From Octopus vulgaris (taxonomy: Eukaryota): a DNA stretch of 64,000 bases. This document shows positions 1 to 13,764 of the stretch, piece by piece. Under the pieces are notes generated by a model, which was not told the DNA's origin, did no database searches, and was given only the letters and a program-made list of their open reading frames with translations. The position numbers and the translations under genes are program-made. The DNA lies in NCBI GenBank assembly GCA_951406725.2, contig OX597823.1, positions 45,942,001 through 46,006,000 on the forward strand, in the 5' to 3' direction. Position 1 is the first letter of the stretch; every line of letters begins with the position of its first letter.

Positions 1-116
1 TCTTTAAAGTGAGAGTCAGAGAGAATAGAATAAAGTATCTGTTACAACTCTCTCTTTACATTCCGAGTTTAAATTCCGTGGAAGTTACTTTCATACTTCA
101 CCCTTCAGTGTTTGAT

Positions 117-158
117 ACACACACACACACACGCACACACACACACACACACGTATAT

Positions 159-235
<77 letters not shown>

Positions 236-243
236 GAGAGAGA
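117..243. repeat. Compound microsatellite (CA)n-(TA)n-(GATA)n-(GA)n
   Basis: Read directly from the sequence. Confidence 0.98.
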
Positions 244-246
244 TAT

Positions 247-1470
247 TACAGAAGTAAATAGACACCTTTATAATCGTTAAAATTTACTTAAATCTTAAAT
301 GATACATTCTAATTACTTATTATTATAATGTGAATATCTAATATTTAGTAAACATGCCCTTAGCATTTTTCAGTGCAAGGAACCTATTAGGCATGCTACT
401 GATCAGATGACGAATATTCTCTAAACGAATTTCATGCCATGTTTCATGCAGCAATCTCAAAAAATCTGGATTTGAGGATGCTTTCTTGTTCTTTTTACCA
501 AGTATCCTGTCCATTATGCCCCAGAGGTGTTCAATAAGGTTCATATCTGGTGACTGGCTTGGCCATGAAAGCTTACTAATGCCATCTCCTCCAACCAATC
601 ATGGGTCTTTTTTGCTGTATGACAAAGAGCTCCATCTTCAATAAATAGAAAGTCTTTTTTAACCATTTCACCACTGGAAAAGATTGGAAGGAATCCTTTC
701 TGCAATATGGACACATTTATCTGAGTTTATCTCTCCCTCACACTCCAGTAGCTCTGATTGAGCGTTTCTCCAAACTTTTCCCCAGACCATCACAAAACAG
801 CCACCATATTTCATTGTTGGCTGCAACCTTTTCACATCAATTTCTTGATCACTAAGTCTCCAAACCCCCATTCGACCACTGTCAGAATATAAAACAAATC
901 TGGACTCATCAGAGAATATGACAGTGTCCCAAAATGCTAGTGACTCGCCATCATCACACTGGCTCAATCTGTTCTCTGCTTCATATTGGCTGGTTGAAGA
1001 AGTAGCTTCATTCTTGATGCTCTGCCACAGTAGCCAAGTTTGTGAAGATACCTGATAGCTGTTCTGAGACTGACATCAACATGTTTTCTTATGCCAGAAG
1101 CTTTGCAACGGGGTTATCCTCCACACTTCTCTAAACAAAACGAAGGGTCTGTCAGAGGGCCCCAGTAGACCTGGGTAATGTGGACTCCTTTCCCTCTCTG
1201 GAGAATTGCACAATCACACTATAAAATTTAGAAAGTGGTATCCCTATATTTTCTGCGATTTTACGTTGACTAAGTCCACCTTCAGATTGACCCACAATAC
1301 GGCCTCTCTGGAATTCGGACAGTTTCAAAGCTTCTTTTGTACATGGCATGATTAAGCAGTCACATCTAGAAGCTGAAACATAAAAATGTCAATTAATAAA
1401 AAATATAAACCTTTTCAAGCTAAAATGAATATAAAACGATGTTTTATGAGGTGTTTATTTACTTCTGTCA
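247..1470 (-). mobile_element. Full-length decayed Tc1-family (DD34E) DNA transposon
   Basis: TIRs cagaagtaaatagacacct (249-267) and aggtgtttatttacttctg (1449-1467), 18/19 match. Frameshifted transposase pieces on the minus strand: [27 protein letters not shown] (1152-1349), FWDTVIFSDESRF (668-967), FLFIEDGALCHTAK (~610-655) and WPSQSPDMNLIEHLW (338-598). There are 34 residues between the second D and the E once one frameshift is repaired. Confidence 0.95.
338..1349 (-). pseudogene. Tc1 transposase pseudogene (multiple frameshifts)
   Basis: Three ORF fragments in different frames carry the HTH, DE(S) and WPxxSPDLNPIE-type motifs. Confidence 0.92.
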
Positions 1471-2136
1471 TGTGTGTGTATATCTGAGATCATTTGCCTT
1501 CCTACTTACCTATAACGTGGTTAATACAGACTTGAAAACTCTTCTTGTAAGATAAGGAGTAAGAAACTCAGGAAATATTTGAGAAGGAATGCGAACAAGC
1601 AAGAAAGAAAAAGAGAGACAGAGCGAAAGGTAAAAGAAGATGTGAGAGAGAGAGAGAGAAGTGAGATGGAGAAGGATTAAAAGAAATCGACTAGTTCATA
1701 TCCTATTGCACGGACCGCCATCAACCAAGTTTTCCTAATTGTTTGATACAACTGATACCAGTAAATCTTGCATGTGCCATTGAAGAAAGCTGATCATCCA
1801 TGATGTGATATTTGCAACGTAATGTCTCCATGTAATATCTATTTTGCACGTGTACGTTTAGACATAAGTATTTATTTATATATACACCTGTGTATATGAA
1901 TATTTTTATATGCATAACTATGTGTATTTATGCATATTTATAAAAGCATATACTTACCCATCACTTATGCGAGTGCATAGACGTACACGCACATATAACA
2001 AACATATAATTGCATATACATACATACATGAACACATGAACACATACACATATATATGTATGTATGCATATGTGTGTGTATTTATATCTATACCTATACC
2101 TATATATTATATATATATATAAATATACATACATAC

Positions 2137-2176
<40 letters not shown>

Positions 2177-3477
2177 CTGGTGGGTATAGGTACGTTTGTG
2201 CTAGTATGATCTGAATCTATAAATCAAATACAGCTAGACAAACTGGTGCCTAAGTTGTTTCCCAATCGTTCTAATAATATATTCATTTTTGAAGAGGTTA
2301 TTTGAATGATTCAGCCATTGTTTTAACGTATGTAGCAAATGTCTCATAAATGTTGAACTCATTTTCAGTAATGGCTAAATTCTATATGCACATGATGAAA
2401 ATTCAGTTTGCATTTATAAGCGAAACAACAAATGTTCAGTTGTAAATATTTCAAAGCTTCTTTTGTTTTTGAAACCGTGTTTCATATAAAATAGAATAAT
2501 AGTTTGTTCGTCTAATTAAAGACTTCTAGATGTCGGTATATTAGGATAGTTAGTATAAACAACAACAACATCGGCTAAAACAGTAAAAATACATAGACAT
2601 AAGAGCCAAAACAAAAGTTATTTCAAAAACATGAAAGCAATATATAAATTCCTCACGTTAATATTTATTCAAGGTTTATAGCCATTTCATAATTAAAGTT
2701 ACAACGCTGCAGTCATGATGGTAATAAACAGCATATTAGAAGAATTGGTTCGCAATTTTTGTCACAAGTACAGCGACATTCAATTATACACAAACGCAGT
2801 CACACAAGATACACGCACATTATCGCACTCAAACACAAATACGCAACACCCCCATACATCTACACACACACACACGAATATATATTATACATATGAGTGT
2901 CTGTTTATATAATATATACGGCATATCTATCTATCTATCTATCTATCTATTTATCTATCTATAAATATACACGCATATGCACTCACACAAGTACATACAT
3001 ACACATATATATGCGCACATGTGTGTTTGTGTGTGTGTGTATGTGTATATGCCAGCATTGGTTCGTGTGCGCATGTGTTGGTACGTTAGTGTGTATGCGT
3101 TGGTACGTGTGTGTATACGTTAGTACGTCTGTGTGTGTGCGATAGTCCGTGTATGTGTTTGTTTATGATGTACGTGGCATATGATTGATTTTGTGTGTAT
3201 TTTTGTGAGTAGATATGCTATGGATATATAGAAATGTGAATATAAATGTATGTGGAATGTACATTTACAATGCTACGTTGAAGTTTGTTTTGTTTGTTGA
3301 GTGCGTATATGATAATTATGGGTGGAGAGTATACAGGAAATGAATTAATATGTTCTATGTATTAACCATTTGTCTTCTTGTAAAGGAATTTTAGTTAAAA
3401 CTCAATGGTAAAACAGCGTTTGTCGTAAACAAAAGGGAGATCGCAATTTCAAATCTTACTGTAGTCTTGACGAACTA

Positions 3478-3557
3478 AATAACTGATGAGACAGGTTCAA
3501 TTTAAGTTTACGCAGTAAGACTGCAAAAGTGCTTTTGTAGAGACACGGTGTATTTTT
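3478..3557 (+). ncRNA. Degenerate minimal hammerhead ribozyme motif
   Basis: aaataa-CTGATGA-(gacagg...tttgta, inner hairpin gcagt/actgc)-GAGA-CACGGTG-TA-ttttt. GAAA is mutated to GAGA. Confidence 0.4.
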
Positions 3558-3699
3558 GTCTCTAAGGAATATAGAAAGTTTCTATTCACTTCAAACAAGG
3601 AAACATATATACATATATATTATGCATGTATGTGCGTATATTCTATAGATTATTGGTTCCTGTTACACACAGCCGGTCTCGTTGTTGTAGCTTTCCAAA

Positions 3700-3880
3700 T
3701 GATGTTACACAGCTAGTTAGACAGGCAGGCTTACACACTCCGCCTGGACCAAACACCAATCTATCGCAGGGTTCCCCATTCACACATGAGTTTAGCTCAA
3801 CAACACAAAATCCTGCCTCTCTCAGCATTGCAACCACGAACTTGCGATCGTGAATGTAACACCCTAACCACTAGGCGCAC
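3700..3880 (-). mobile_element. Decayed tRNA-derived SINE with V-SINE-like central domain
   Basis: Minus strand starts gtgcgcctagtggttagggtg (A-box-like) and contains ccctgcgatagattgg...gtccagg, similar to ctgcgatggactgacgtcccgtccag at 53437. Confidence 0.6.
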
Positions 3881-3885
3881 ATCTT

Positions 3886-3929
<44 letters not shown>

Positions 3930-4101
3930 TGTGTGTGTGAGTGCTATGTCGCAAGTTCGGATGCCGTTTTCTCAACTCTACTCTACTACTACTCAGCTGT
4001 TCTAGTCTGAACGACGTCTAGGTTTCTCACTCTATATCTACGTATTGGGCTAGCCAACTTCATCGTCTGGGGGCGTCCACATGACAGTAAGTGTGTGTGA
4101 A

Positions 4102-4299
<198 letters not shown>

Positions 4300-4445
4300 C
4301 CAACAAAAATTGAATACTCAATACCACATTGGTGGATAAAGATTCTTTATTTGTTATCAAGGCCACTATTGGTTTCATGTTACGGAATACCTCAACAACT
4401 GTCAAGCTTAAGAACATCGGCGTTCCATTTTGGATTAAAACACTC

Positions 4446-4506
<61 letters not shown>

Positions 4507-4812
4507 TAAGATTTAGTTGAATTACGTACTTGATCTGAGGCACCTTGCTAGTTCGGTATAACCTGTACACCCCAACAATATCATATGAATGTTGAATATG
4601 AAGACTCCGTGTAGGACTATTTGTATCCAATATTCCTGTCGTGTGTGTGGACAACGAAACCTAATTAAGGGAAGATATCCGCCCTTGGTAATTCAGACAT
4701 GTAATTTTTATAAAGGTACATTCTATAGTATTTCCGAAGTGCAGATTCCAAGTTAGGTGAGCAGAATATAAATAACAATGATGTACAGGTGTCAATATAT
4801 ATATATAAGACA

Positions 4813-4968
4813 AGCTTCTTTCAGTTTCTGTCTACCAAATCCACTCACAAGGCTTTGGTCGGCCCGAGGCTATAGAAGACGGCACTTGCCCAATATGCCG
4901 CGCAGTGGTACTGAACCCGGAACAGCATGGTTGGGAAGCAAGCCTTTTCTCACATAGCCACTTCTGCA
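4813..4968 (-). mobile_element. SINE family A, 5' half
   Basis: Reverse complement of the ggagtggctgtgtggtaag...ggaaactgaaagaagc unit, seen more than 15 times in the window. Confidence 0.9.
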
Positions 4969-5021
4969 CACACACACACAAACACACACACACACACACA
5001 CATACGCAAACACATACACAC

Positions 5022-5060
<39 letters not shown>

Positions 5061-5072
5061 TTTAATTGCAAT

Positions 5073-5474
5073 CAGAATATGGCAGTCCTATAAAGGATGA
5101 TGTTACTGTTGTTATAGCCCCAGGAAAACATATTTTCCTCCTGGCTATCGACACACACTTTATGTCCTTATAGCAATTTGCAAGAGAGTGTCATCGCTTT
5201 GCATGATGCTCACAGACCTTAAGTTTCTGGGTGGTTACTTGTCTTCAGTGTGAGATAATCACAAGCTAGTGACGAAAGCTCGCTCCACTCGCAAATGCTA
5301 TATATTCTATAAGCGACGCTCAGTTGCTGATCTTGTATAGAGAAAAACAATTTGTTTTAAATATGTGTGCGAGTACATGTGTGTGTGTGTGTGTGTGAAT
5401 AGCCAGCAGGAAAAGATGTTTTCCTGAGACTAAAACAACAATAACATCGTCCTTTATAGCACTGCCACGTTCTG
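5073..5474. mobile_element. Non-autonomous element with ~85-bp inverted arms and an internal hammerhead motif (PLE pseudo-LTR inversion or MITE)
   Basis: 5073-5158 (cagaatatggcagtcctataaaggatgatgttac...) is the diverged reverse complement of 5392-5474. It sits next to (CA)n. Confidence 0.75.
5209..5254 (-). ncRNA. Minimal type I hammerhead ribozyme motif, stem II eroded
   Basis: ctcaca-CTGAAGA-caagtaaccaccca-GAAA-CTTAAGG-TC-tgtgag: perfect 6-bp stem I, intact core, GUC cleavage triplet. Confidence 0.7.
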
Positions 5475-5576
5475 TTGACATATAAACATTACTATTCAGT
5501 ACTGTTATGTATATATCTCACTCAGAGATTTAAAACAAATTGTTTCACCCTCTATGTCCCTCTGTGTCTCTCATTG

Positions 5577-5674
<98 letters not shown>

Positions 5675-6325
5675 CACATTTATATATGTAAACACAATTA
5701 CACTCACTCATATGTTTTATGTATGTGTACATACATATGTGCATGCCTGTATGCATTTGTGTATATAAAAACATGTGTGTGTTTGTGTGCTTATGTATAT
5801 CTATCTAAGTATATGACTATTAATGGCTTCTGCGCTAATTTCAGACAGATTACAATGCTACGCGTAGGGAAGATTGTCCAGAGTGTCATACTAAAAGCAT
5901 ACCAGAACCAGATATGATATACACCTTTAAGGATATTTACAAACAGCACAATTACACATTAATGTACAGTTTATTTATGATGGTTGATTAACATGCCATG
6001 TGTAGATTTTATTTGGCCATACCCGTCCCGTGTTGCCAATCAGCTGAAAATGTGTTTTTAATTTCAGAGTTTTCTTTCTATTAGGCCCTGAGTTCCCGAG
6101 AGGTGTCGGTAACCGAATTCTATTAGTAATTATAATAGTATCTTCAGTTCTTATGGATAGTTCTGTAGACCATATTGTTGTCAAGTTCTTCATGGCACCA
6201 AGAATGGTAATTGAAACATTAGCATAGTGTCGTTACTCTGTTAATCGTAAGTGACGAACAGATTCAAGTGCCTTCTTACTGCCTGGTCGTAGAGTCAGCA
6301 GGTTCTGGCAATGCTGTTTTACTTT

Positions 6326-6398
6326 GTATGTATGTATGCATGTATGTATGTATGTATGTATGTATGTATGTATGTATGTATGTATGTATGTATGTATG

Positions 6399-6427
<29 letters not shown>
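6326..6427. repeat. (TATG)n microsatellite
   Basis: Read directly from the sequence. Confidence 0.98.
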
Positions 6428-6429
<2 letters not shown>

Positions 6430-7145
6430 GTTTTTCTTTTGGATTTATTTAAATTCTTGAGAGAGTTCTAGTCAGTTGCTAACATGGCGACAAAAGCTTT
6501 TGAGTTAAGAGAGTCCCGTTATTTCTAAATACGTGTTTGAGCCGATGTGTTGGCTTAGCTTTCGATATATACACCCTACTGTGTGCATGTATCCATAATA
6601 AGTGTTTTTGGAATGTCTTAAATATGTTCACTCTGCCGCTAATAGATTGGATTCGAAGAATCCGTGTCTGCTGTTTTGGCTCTTTCTTCGTACAACCGGG
6701 TATTTCTAGTTTTTGGGGGGCAAATTTGTTGGTACATAACCAAATGCACCCATGATGATAGGTACAAATGAAAATTCATAGTCAGGGCATAAGTTCTGTA
6801 GTTTCGCATTAATTCACCATAGATGTTCCCTTTTCCTTGGACTTTTAATGGTATGTCCACATCTGCTGGACAGTTGATCTCTACAGTAGTGTTTGACATT
6901 TGTTCCCTGTCCCAAAGAGCAATATCAGGTCTATTATGCTTACACCGAATTGCTGTGTTATTGGATTGTTCCACCAATATTCCTTGTTTTTAAAGGTGTG
7001 AATGCATACTGGTACTAACATGCCTTTGATGTATACCTCAGGACCATGTTCCTGCGGATTGAATTGTAAATAGTCTTTACAACTCAGGAGCAGGTAGTAT
7101 CTCGTAGATATTTTGGGGCAGCTGTTAATGATATGGGTGATATGT
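6430..7145 (-). mobile_element. 3' fragment of an RLE-type non-LTR retrotransposon (R4/Dong-like)
   Basis: Zn-knuckle tail ITHIINSCPKISTRYY (~7095-7143), then KHNRPDIALWDRE...VEINCPADVDIPLKVQGKGNIYGEL (PD-(D/E)xK restriction-like endonuclease) in ORF 6639-6977. Confidence 0.8.
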
Positions 7146-7569
7146 AATAAAAGTATTGTGTCAACAAGCTACTACAGAAGAATAAAGATACCACTAAACC
7201 TAATACAAACGACCCTGTGTTAGTTAGTACAAAGTTTCAAATGTTTGCAGCATCACTTTCGGTACAACTGTCATTATAAACACTCCCTCACTCACCACAA
7301 ATGCATATGCGATGTGTGAGTGTTTTGGCCGTTATTTTCAGCAGGTCTAGGGCAACTGAATTCTGTGTGTAGAAGACCGACTGACAACTGTAACATATCC
7401 TAATATATGCATGTGCTTGTGTACGTATATGTATATATGTGTGTGTGCGTGTGTGTGTGTATACATCTATATATGTATGCATGTATATGTGTGAGTGCGT
7501 GTGTGTGTGTGTGTGTTTGTGTGTGTGTTTGTACAGAGTGAGATGATGGACAGATACAATTATATAAAC

Positions 7570-7619
7570 TATTGCTGCTGCTACTACTACAATAACAACA
7601 GCAACAACTACAACAACAA

Positions 7620-7663
<44 letters not shown>
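7570..7663. repeat. Trinucleotide compound microsatellite (CTG/CTA/CAA/ACT)n
   Basis: Read directly from the sequence. Confidence 0.95.
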
Positions 7664-9182
7664 AAACTTCAACTGCTACTCTTTATTTATTTATCTAATC
7701 CTCTCCTTAAAAAGCAGCAAAGAGATTTCTTAGTTGCGATACCTAGAATATTTGCTTATTTGCAGAGATGAAAATAATTAATTTAAAGTTATTTCTGATC
7801 ACTTGATTATTTCAGAAGAGCCGCAACAGACACAACCACTTTTAATCTGAATATCAACTTTTCAATAAATTTCTTTTACTTTTACTTTTTTTTTATCAAA
7901 ATTTTTGCTCCTAGTTCACTGAAATATAAATGGAAAATAAAATTTTTATAACTTTTACAAAAATATATTTGGCTGCAGATCTTAATATTATAAGATTTTT
8001 GGAAAAGATAGAATGTTAATATGAAATGATATCTGCATAAATGGTTTGATAAAAGGAGGGAAATGTGGTGGTGGTGAATGAAGAGAGGATACTGAAAGAG
8101 CGATAGCTAGAAAGAAGCGATGGAAGGCGTATTGAAATCATATAGAAGTGACACACATACAATGACACACGCAGACACACACACACACACACAAAGAAGG
8201 TCACATGCACAAACAAGGGCATACACAAACACACACAAACATACATGTATTTTGCGAGCGTGTATGACTGTGTGTGTGTATATGTGTGTGTGTGTATGTG
8301 TGTGTGTATGTGTGTGTGTATGTGTGTGTGTGTGTATGTGTGTTTGTGTGTCGATTATATCCTCGTGATTGAGATCCTTCCTAGATAGAATATATTCAGA
8401 GAGCAGATCAAGATATAAAATAGATGAAAAGAAGCTATTTTTGAAAATATTCTCACTGTATGGTTTTTACGTTGAATTTGTAAACGTTTCGCTAATGTTC
8501 GGGTGAGAATGTCTACACTCGTAAGTCAGCATATGTGTGAAAGGACATTTATATGGGTTGCCTGATTCAATGAATTGTGGAGCGTCGTAACGAGGTCGCC
8601 AACACGATTCTTATTTCTTTAAATTATTTACCGAATAAATTTCTTTGGAAATAACTCATTATTATAACCTAACGCTTACAAGTCGCATGTCCTTATAGGA
8701 AGTTTACCTTTCAAAAGCACCTTATACATATACTCACAAGTTAATAGCATATTAACTTATGTGTGTGTGTGTGTGTGTGTGTGCGTACATGGGGTGTATG
8801 TATGTGTGTGTATGTGTGTATGTGCGCGTGTGTGTGTATTTGTATGTGTGTATGTATGAGTGTGTGTGTGTGCGCGCACGTGCATAGCGTGTGTGTGTAT
8901 GTTTGTGTACGTGCGTGTGTGCGTGTGTATGTGTGTGTGTATGTGTGTGTGTGTGTGTATGTGTGTGTGTGTGTATGTGAGAGAGTATTTGAACAATAAC
9001 GTCGTTGAGTATTGGTTTCCCGTAAGGTACTGATCGATTCACCAGATTCACTATGGTTATGTGTATACAAACATACATACATACGAATTATATATATGAT
9101 GTATACTATATATAAATATAAAATTATACATACATATATGTGTGTGTATGTATATGTGTCTATGTGCGTGTATGTATGAGTA

Positions 9183-9220
<38 letters not shown>

Positions 9221-9650
9221 ATCACTCTTTGTTGCTACGAGTGACATATTCTACTAAAGATTGTCCTCTGTGCGGCCGACAGAAACTGTCAGCCTCCTGC
9301 TTCACCTGGCTAACAAATACCATCGAAGAAAAACAGAATGAACGAATGGAACATAATTCCAACGGCTGTCTCTATACTCAGAAACATATAAGTTATGTTG
9401 AGATGAACGAGGCGCTATTCTCCATCTACATTATTTCTGGAACAGTCTTTTGGTCATTAGCTGTAGTGAAATCAGCTTGCCTAAATGAATTGTCGAATAA
9501 TCCTATTAGGGTAATCTAGCTTAATCTGTGATCTGCACATAGTTTACATCCAATGAATTTAGTATTTTGAAATTTCTCTATATGGCCATGATGGGAATTA
9601 TGGTGCTGTACAAACCGTTTATTTTTTTCTATTATAAATACTTTAGATTT

Positions 9651-9956
9651 TAGTGCTTCTCAACAATTTTTTACCTGTGAACACCTTTCACTACTATTTT
9701 ATTCTGGTGGACCCCCATAGCTATTCGGTGTTTTAAAACACGTTTTATAGATACGTTTTTGAAAATTACTATTTTGTTTATCACGCATTCACTTGTGTAG
9801 GCTAAACTATGTAAAACGTTAGAGAAAGAAACCTACCCGTTTCTATCAAAATGTTTTCATGGGCGCTTAAAATAAATATTGCAAACCTAAATTAGTACTT
9901 TGCTTACATGTCCACCGCCAACAAACAATCATATGCACCCCTGTTAAGAATCACTG
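9651..9956. mobile_element. hAT (Charlie/MER5-like) MITE
   Basis: Ends tagtgcttctcaaca and tgttaagaatcactg (12/15 inverted match), resembling the CAGTGGTTCTCAAC Charlie TIR. No clean 8-bp TSD. Confidence 0.6.
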
Positions 9957-10293
9957 AGATAGATTTTACCCATGCATTAGTTTGCATTTTAAAAACAAAT
10001 CCTTCATATAATTGTGTTGAACTTTCTGAAGTCTTTCGCGTAAAATATTAAGTAGAGCTGAGAAATTCAACTGTTTTACAGTAAATTAACGAGAAATGTT
10101 CATATGCATTATTGTCGAAACAGCAACTAATCAAGCGTGCCTGTTGATGCTGCCAGAAGCATTTACATACGATATCTCTTGTCATTAAAAGAAAAGCCCA
10201 TTGGGAATCGGGCTGTTCGGAAACTTGGAAAAGATACACAGTTCTGTGCCACGAAGTGCGTACTCTACGTTTATTTACAAGTGCGTACACGCA

Positions 10294-10341
<48 letters not shown>

Positions 10342-10558
10342 CACACATACAGACATATATGTATGTATGTATGTAAGATAAATGTATGTTACATACGTAT
10401 ATAAGATATTATAAATGCATTTCAATATACTATACATTATATACGTATATATGTTATACAAATATATATACATATATATAGCATGTATAAATTTATTTGT
10501 ATAATATCTATCTATCTATATATATATCTATATCTATATATATACTTAAATATCTTTA

Positions 10559-10637
<79 letters not shown>

Positions 10638-10835
10638 ATGTATGTATGTATGTATGTATGTATGTATGTATATGAGCATATGTATACATATACATATATT
10701 TTACTGATGCGCTTATATATGTAGATATTTGTACGTGTGTGTGCATGTGCGCGCATGTGCGAGAGTCTTTATTTCTGTATGTCTCTGTAAGTGTAATGTG
10801 CAAAATGCCCATGTACGTGCTTGTAAGTAAGTTTT

Positions 10836-10909
<74 letters not shown>

Positions 10910-11142
10910 TGTATGTGTGTATGTATGTATGTGTGTGCGTGTGTTTTTTAAAACAAAACAATTGAAGCATCAAGAATCTTAGCTTATGAATTATGAGGAC
11001 AGCTTCACACATGTATTAAATATTATCACCATATTTGGCATATTGAATGTCGAAACTTGGAGATACACGACTTACCCTACAGTTAAGATCTTTATAGAGA
11101 GTTATTCAAAATAATCATAATGTATGTATGTATGTATGTATG

Positions 11143-11187
<45 letters not shown>

Positions 11188-12378
11188 TTACAAAAAAACT
11201 AATAATGTTCTTACCTAATGTATAAAACTCACTACGTTTTTCTTTTACTTAGAATTTTTTAAAAGGCGACACTTAGCTAATAAGCCAACTTTACATAAAT
11301 TAAAAATACATTGGTCTGCAAATCATATATGAGAAGTGTTTATGGTGTTAATTTGTGCTACACAAAATATAAAGCAAATCCGTCAAGTTTGTCTGCCGTA
11401 TAGCAAATGACATTATATTTTAATTATTAAATATTACTCAGACGTTTGTAATATATCATATATTTTCAAAATCTGAAAGTATGTAATCTAAATTACACAC
11501 TTTTCTAATCATTACAAATATTTTTGACATCAATGTAATATATAAGAAGACAAAATATTTTCGAAGTTCCACAATTGATTATTGTTATTTGCACCGTATA
11601 CAATGTGATCTGTTGAACATATTGTTGTCGTAGAGAGAAGGTATTCTCCCTCTGACGTAAACTACAACGACCAGCATATTTTCGTCCGAACCTACCTCGA
11701 CGAATTAGGAATAAATAATATACAAATAACCGGAAATTGATTATTCTTGACAGCAAGTAATTCAGACCCTGTACATTTAAAGTAATTTCATTGAAAGAAA
11801 AGTCTTCATTTTCAAATACTAATTTACTGAGATCAATATGGATAATATTTCCAATTAAATATTGAATTATAAACATACCTCACAAATTGGAATGCATCGA
11901 AAGATACTTGTTTCCTAACCTCTCCACATCTGAATATACTTAAAACCAAATTTGTGGAAATTACATACTCGTACATGTTAACATTTTTTCTTACACTCGC
12001 ATACAAAGAACTGTAGATATTTGTGTGTATGTGTGTGTGTGTGTGTGTGCATGCGCGCGTGCGTGGCTCAATGAGTGTAATTTGCAAATGCCCATGTACG
12101 TGCCTGTAAGTAAGTTTAGGTGTATTTGATTTTCACGGTGTTAAAAGAATATAGAGAGGTAAAGAAATCGATGAAATTTGTTTTTATATATATTGCTTCA
12201 GAATTATATCAAATCTGCAATATGTAGCGATCCCTTGTTTGTATACATAAAGCTGCATAACATGCAATTATAAATACATGTACACACAAACACATGGACG
12301 TATATATTTACACTCGCACGAATACAAACACCAAACACATATACATCGTCTCAAAAGCCATATGAATATATATGTATA

Positions 12379-12456
<78 letters not shown>

Positions 12457-12526
12457 CATATATATATATATATACACACATATATATTTACATATATATG
12501 CATATATGTATATACACACATATGGA

Positions 12527-12606
<80 letters not shown>

Positions 12607-13047
12607 TACATATATATCTATATAAATGAATGAATATTATAATATATGTGAAGATATACCGTATTTATCTTAGTTTTATTGTTTTAGCTCGTTTTTGTAC
12701 TTAGTAGATTTCGTCCATATTTATCTTATACAGTTTTATTGTATTTTTAGTTCGTTTTTAGTTTTTTTGCATTTAGTAGACTTCGTTTTCGTTTTGATCC
12801 CATAAGTCGAATAGCTACTTCTCCTGTATATAACTAATCGGGAAAATAGTAAGTTTAAATGATTGTATAAATTCCTTTTATTTAGATTGTAATTAATACA
12901 AAAACTAAGCCTTTACCAGATATATATATAGACATTTATAAATATGGAATTATGTATGCATGCTTGATATAAGTACATATGGTGATAAATACGTCAATTT
13001 GCGTATATGAGTAAGCAGATGTACAGATGTATGTATATGTATGTGTG

Positions 13048-13076
<29 letters not shown>

Positions 13077-13079
<3 letters not shown>

Positions 13080-13133
13080 CTAAGTAATTAAGGGTTTAGC
13101 AAAAGGGTTGCTAAACCCTTAATTACTTAGTAT
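13077..13133. repeat. Perfect 26-bp inverted repeat with 5-nt spacer, abutting (TA)n
   Basis: atactaagtaattaagggtttagcaa-aaggg-ttgctaaacccttaattacttagtat. Confidence 0.95.
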
Positions 13134-13320
13134 TACTTAAACTTTCCTCAAATGGGGCTTTTACATGCCGAAATCTACATGGTGAAATTAATGATTATTC
13201 TAAATTAATTAATTTCAACCTACATTATTACTGATATATATATATATATATATAAAGGAAATGAAGAAAATGCTGACAAAATAATTTAAGTAATTTAAGT
13301 AATTTAATTAGGTGAAGTTC

Positions 13321-13366
13321 TTTTTACCGGTTGCGCATTTGTTATGCTTATCAAAATTTTTTTTTA
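13321..13366 (-). ncRNA. Degenerate hammerhead motif with U3-A8 core
   Basis: tt-TTGATAA-gcat(aacaa)atgc-GCAA-CCGG-TA-aa. GAAA is mutated to GCAA. Confidence 0.5.
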
Positions 13367-13402
13367 AGAGAGAAAGAGTTCCTTTCTGATAGATTTTTTC
13401 CT

Positions 13403-13457
<55 letters not shown>

Positions 13458-13675
13458 ATACAAATATTTATATATGAATGTATATATTATGTAACAAGAT
13501 CGGGTATATAATTAGAGGCAAATAAATTTGAATTTTAAAATATATGAAATTTCAGTTAGTTTATTCATTTAATTATTCTTAATCTCACTCTTAAAAAAAC
13601 GTTTTTAAAAAAAAATTTTTTAAATTATGAAAATATTTACTTTTTACTTTCACAAAATAATTAACAAGATACGTC

Positions 13676-13764
13676 CGTCTGATGAAGCCTTATTAGCTTT
13701 AAAACAGTATTTTATATTTTTTTGAAAAAGACTGTCATTTAATAATGTAGAAACAGCCGTAACT
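13676..13764 (+). ncRNA. Hammerhead motif with extended stem II (partly degenerate)
   Basis: cgt-CTGATGA-agccttatta...acagt/actgt...taataatgta-GAAA-CAGCCG-TA-act. Stem III is one change from palindromic ACAGCTGT. Confidence 0.65.

Noticed and set aside
1510-1545. Possible minus-strand micro-exon ending AG|gtaagt
   Set aside because: Splice-like signals alone, with no recognisable coding content.
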